DNA from: Rhynchobatus australiae
Taxonomy: Eukaryota
Length of the DNA stretch: 64,000 nt
Assembly (NCBI GenBank): GCA_034780895.1
Contig: JAUZTB010000042.1
Location: 13,093,652-13,157,651 of the forward strand
Reading direction: 5' to 3'
Positions within the stretch are counted from its first letter, which is position 1; each line of letters opens with the position of its first letter. A program made the position numbers and the translations under genes. Below, one piece after another: positions 63,831 to 64,000 of the stretch. The notes beneath the pieces are model-generated. The model was not told the DNA's origin. It did no database searches and saw nothing but the letters and a program-made list of their open reading frames with translations.

Positions 63831-64000
63831 TAGTTACGATATTCTTTGTTTNNNNNNNNNNNNNNNNNNNNNNNNNNNNNNNNNNNNNNNNNNNNNNNNN
63901 NNNNNNNNNGGGTTAATTGAAATACTAAAAATAATTTATACCATTGACTATTCTCCAGCAAGGACTCTCGTCTCCCAGAAGCGAAGATAGGCGAGAAGCT

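Noticed and set aside
46573-64000. FEZF1 coding sequence expected from synteny
   Set aside because: No eh1 (FSIERIM-like) motif or C2H2 zinc-finger array found. It may lie beyond the window or in gaps, so it is not annotated.
1-64000. CRISPR arrays, operons or other prokaryotic/viral systems
   Set aside because: No regularly spaced repeat-spacer array and no gene-dense segment. The sequence is spliced vertebrate DNA.

Overview
Vertebrate genomic DNA, probably a cartilaginous fish (likely a ray/batoid, inferred from the SINE/LINE families), from a gap-riddled draft assembly. It holds the last three coding exons of CADPS2 (Ca2+-dependent secretion activator 2) on the + strand (13376-13483, 42185-42289, 46393-46572 with stop), a probable 3'UTR to a poly(A) signal at 47477, and about 16 kb of downstream intergenic DNA. 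None of the three exons appears in its true frame in the ORF track. The introns are full of decayed repeats: tRNA-derived V-SINEs, Deu-type SINEs, CR1, L2, Jockey/CR1-like and Tx1-like LINE fragments, and a Gypsy integrase remnant. Most interesting observations: (1) several short, partly palindromic Penelope-like repeats carrying minimal hammerhead-ribozyme cores with covarying stem II; (2) an abrupt ~9 kb CpG-retaining, AT-rich domain starting at the last CADPS2 exon, consistent with the regulatory landscape of the usual neighbour FEZF1, whose coding sequence I did not find here; (3) candidate conserved enhancers in the introns; (4) a Tx1-like insertion with poly(A) tail and 13-bp target-site duplication. 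I found no evidence for a novel protein-coding system. All family assignments come from motif recognition by eye, not database searches.
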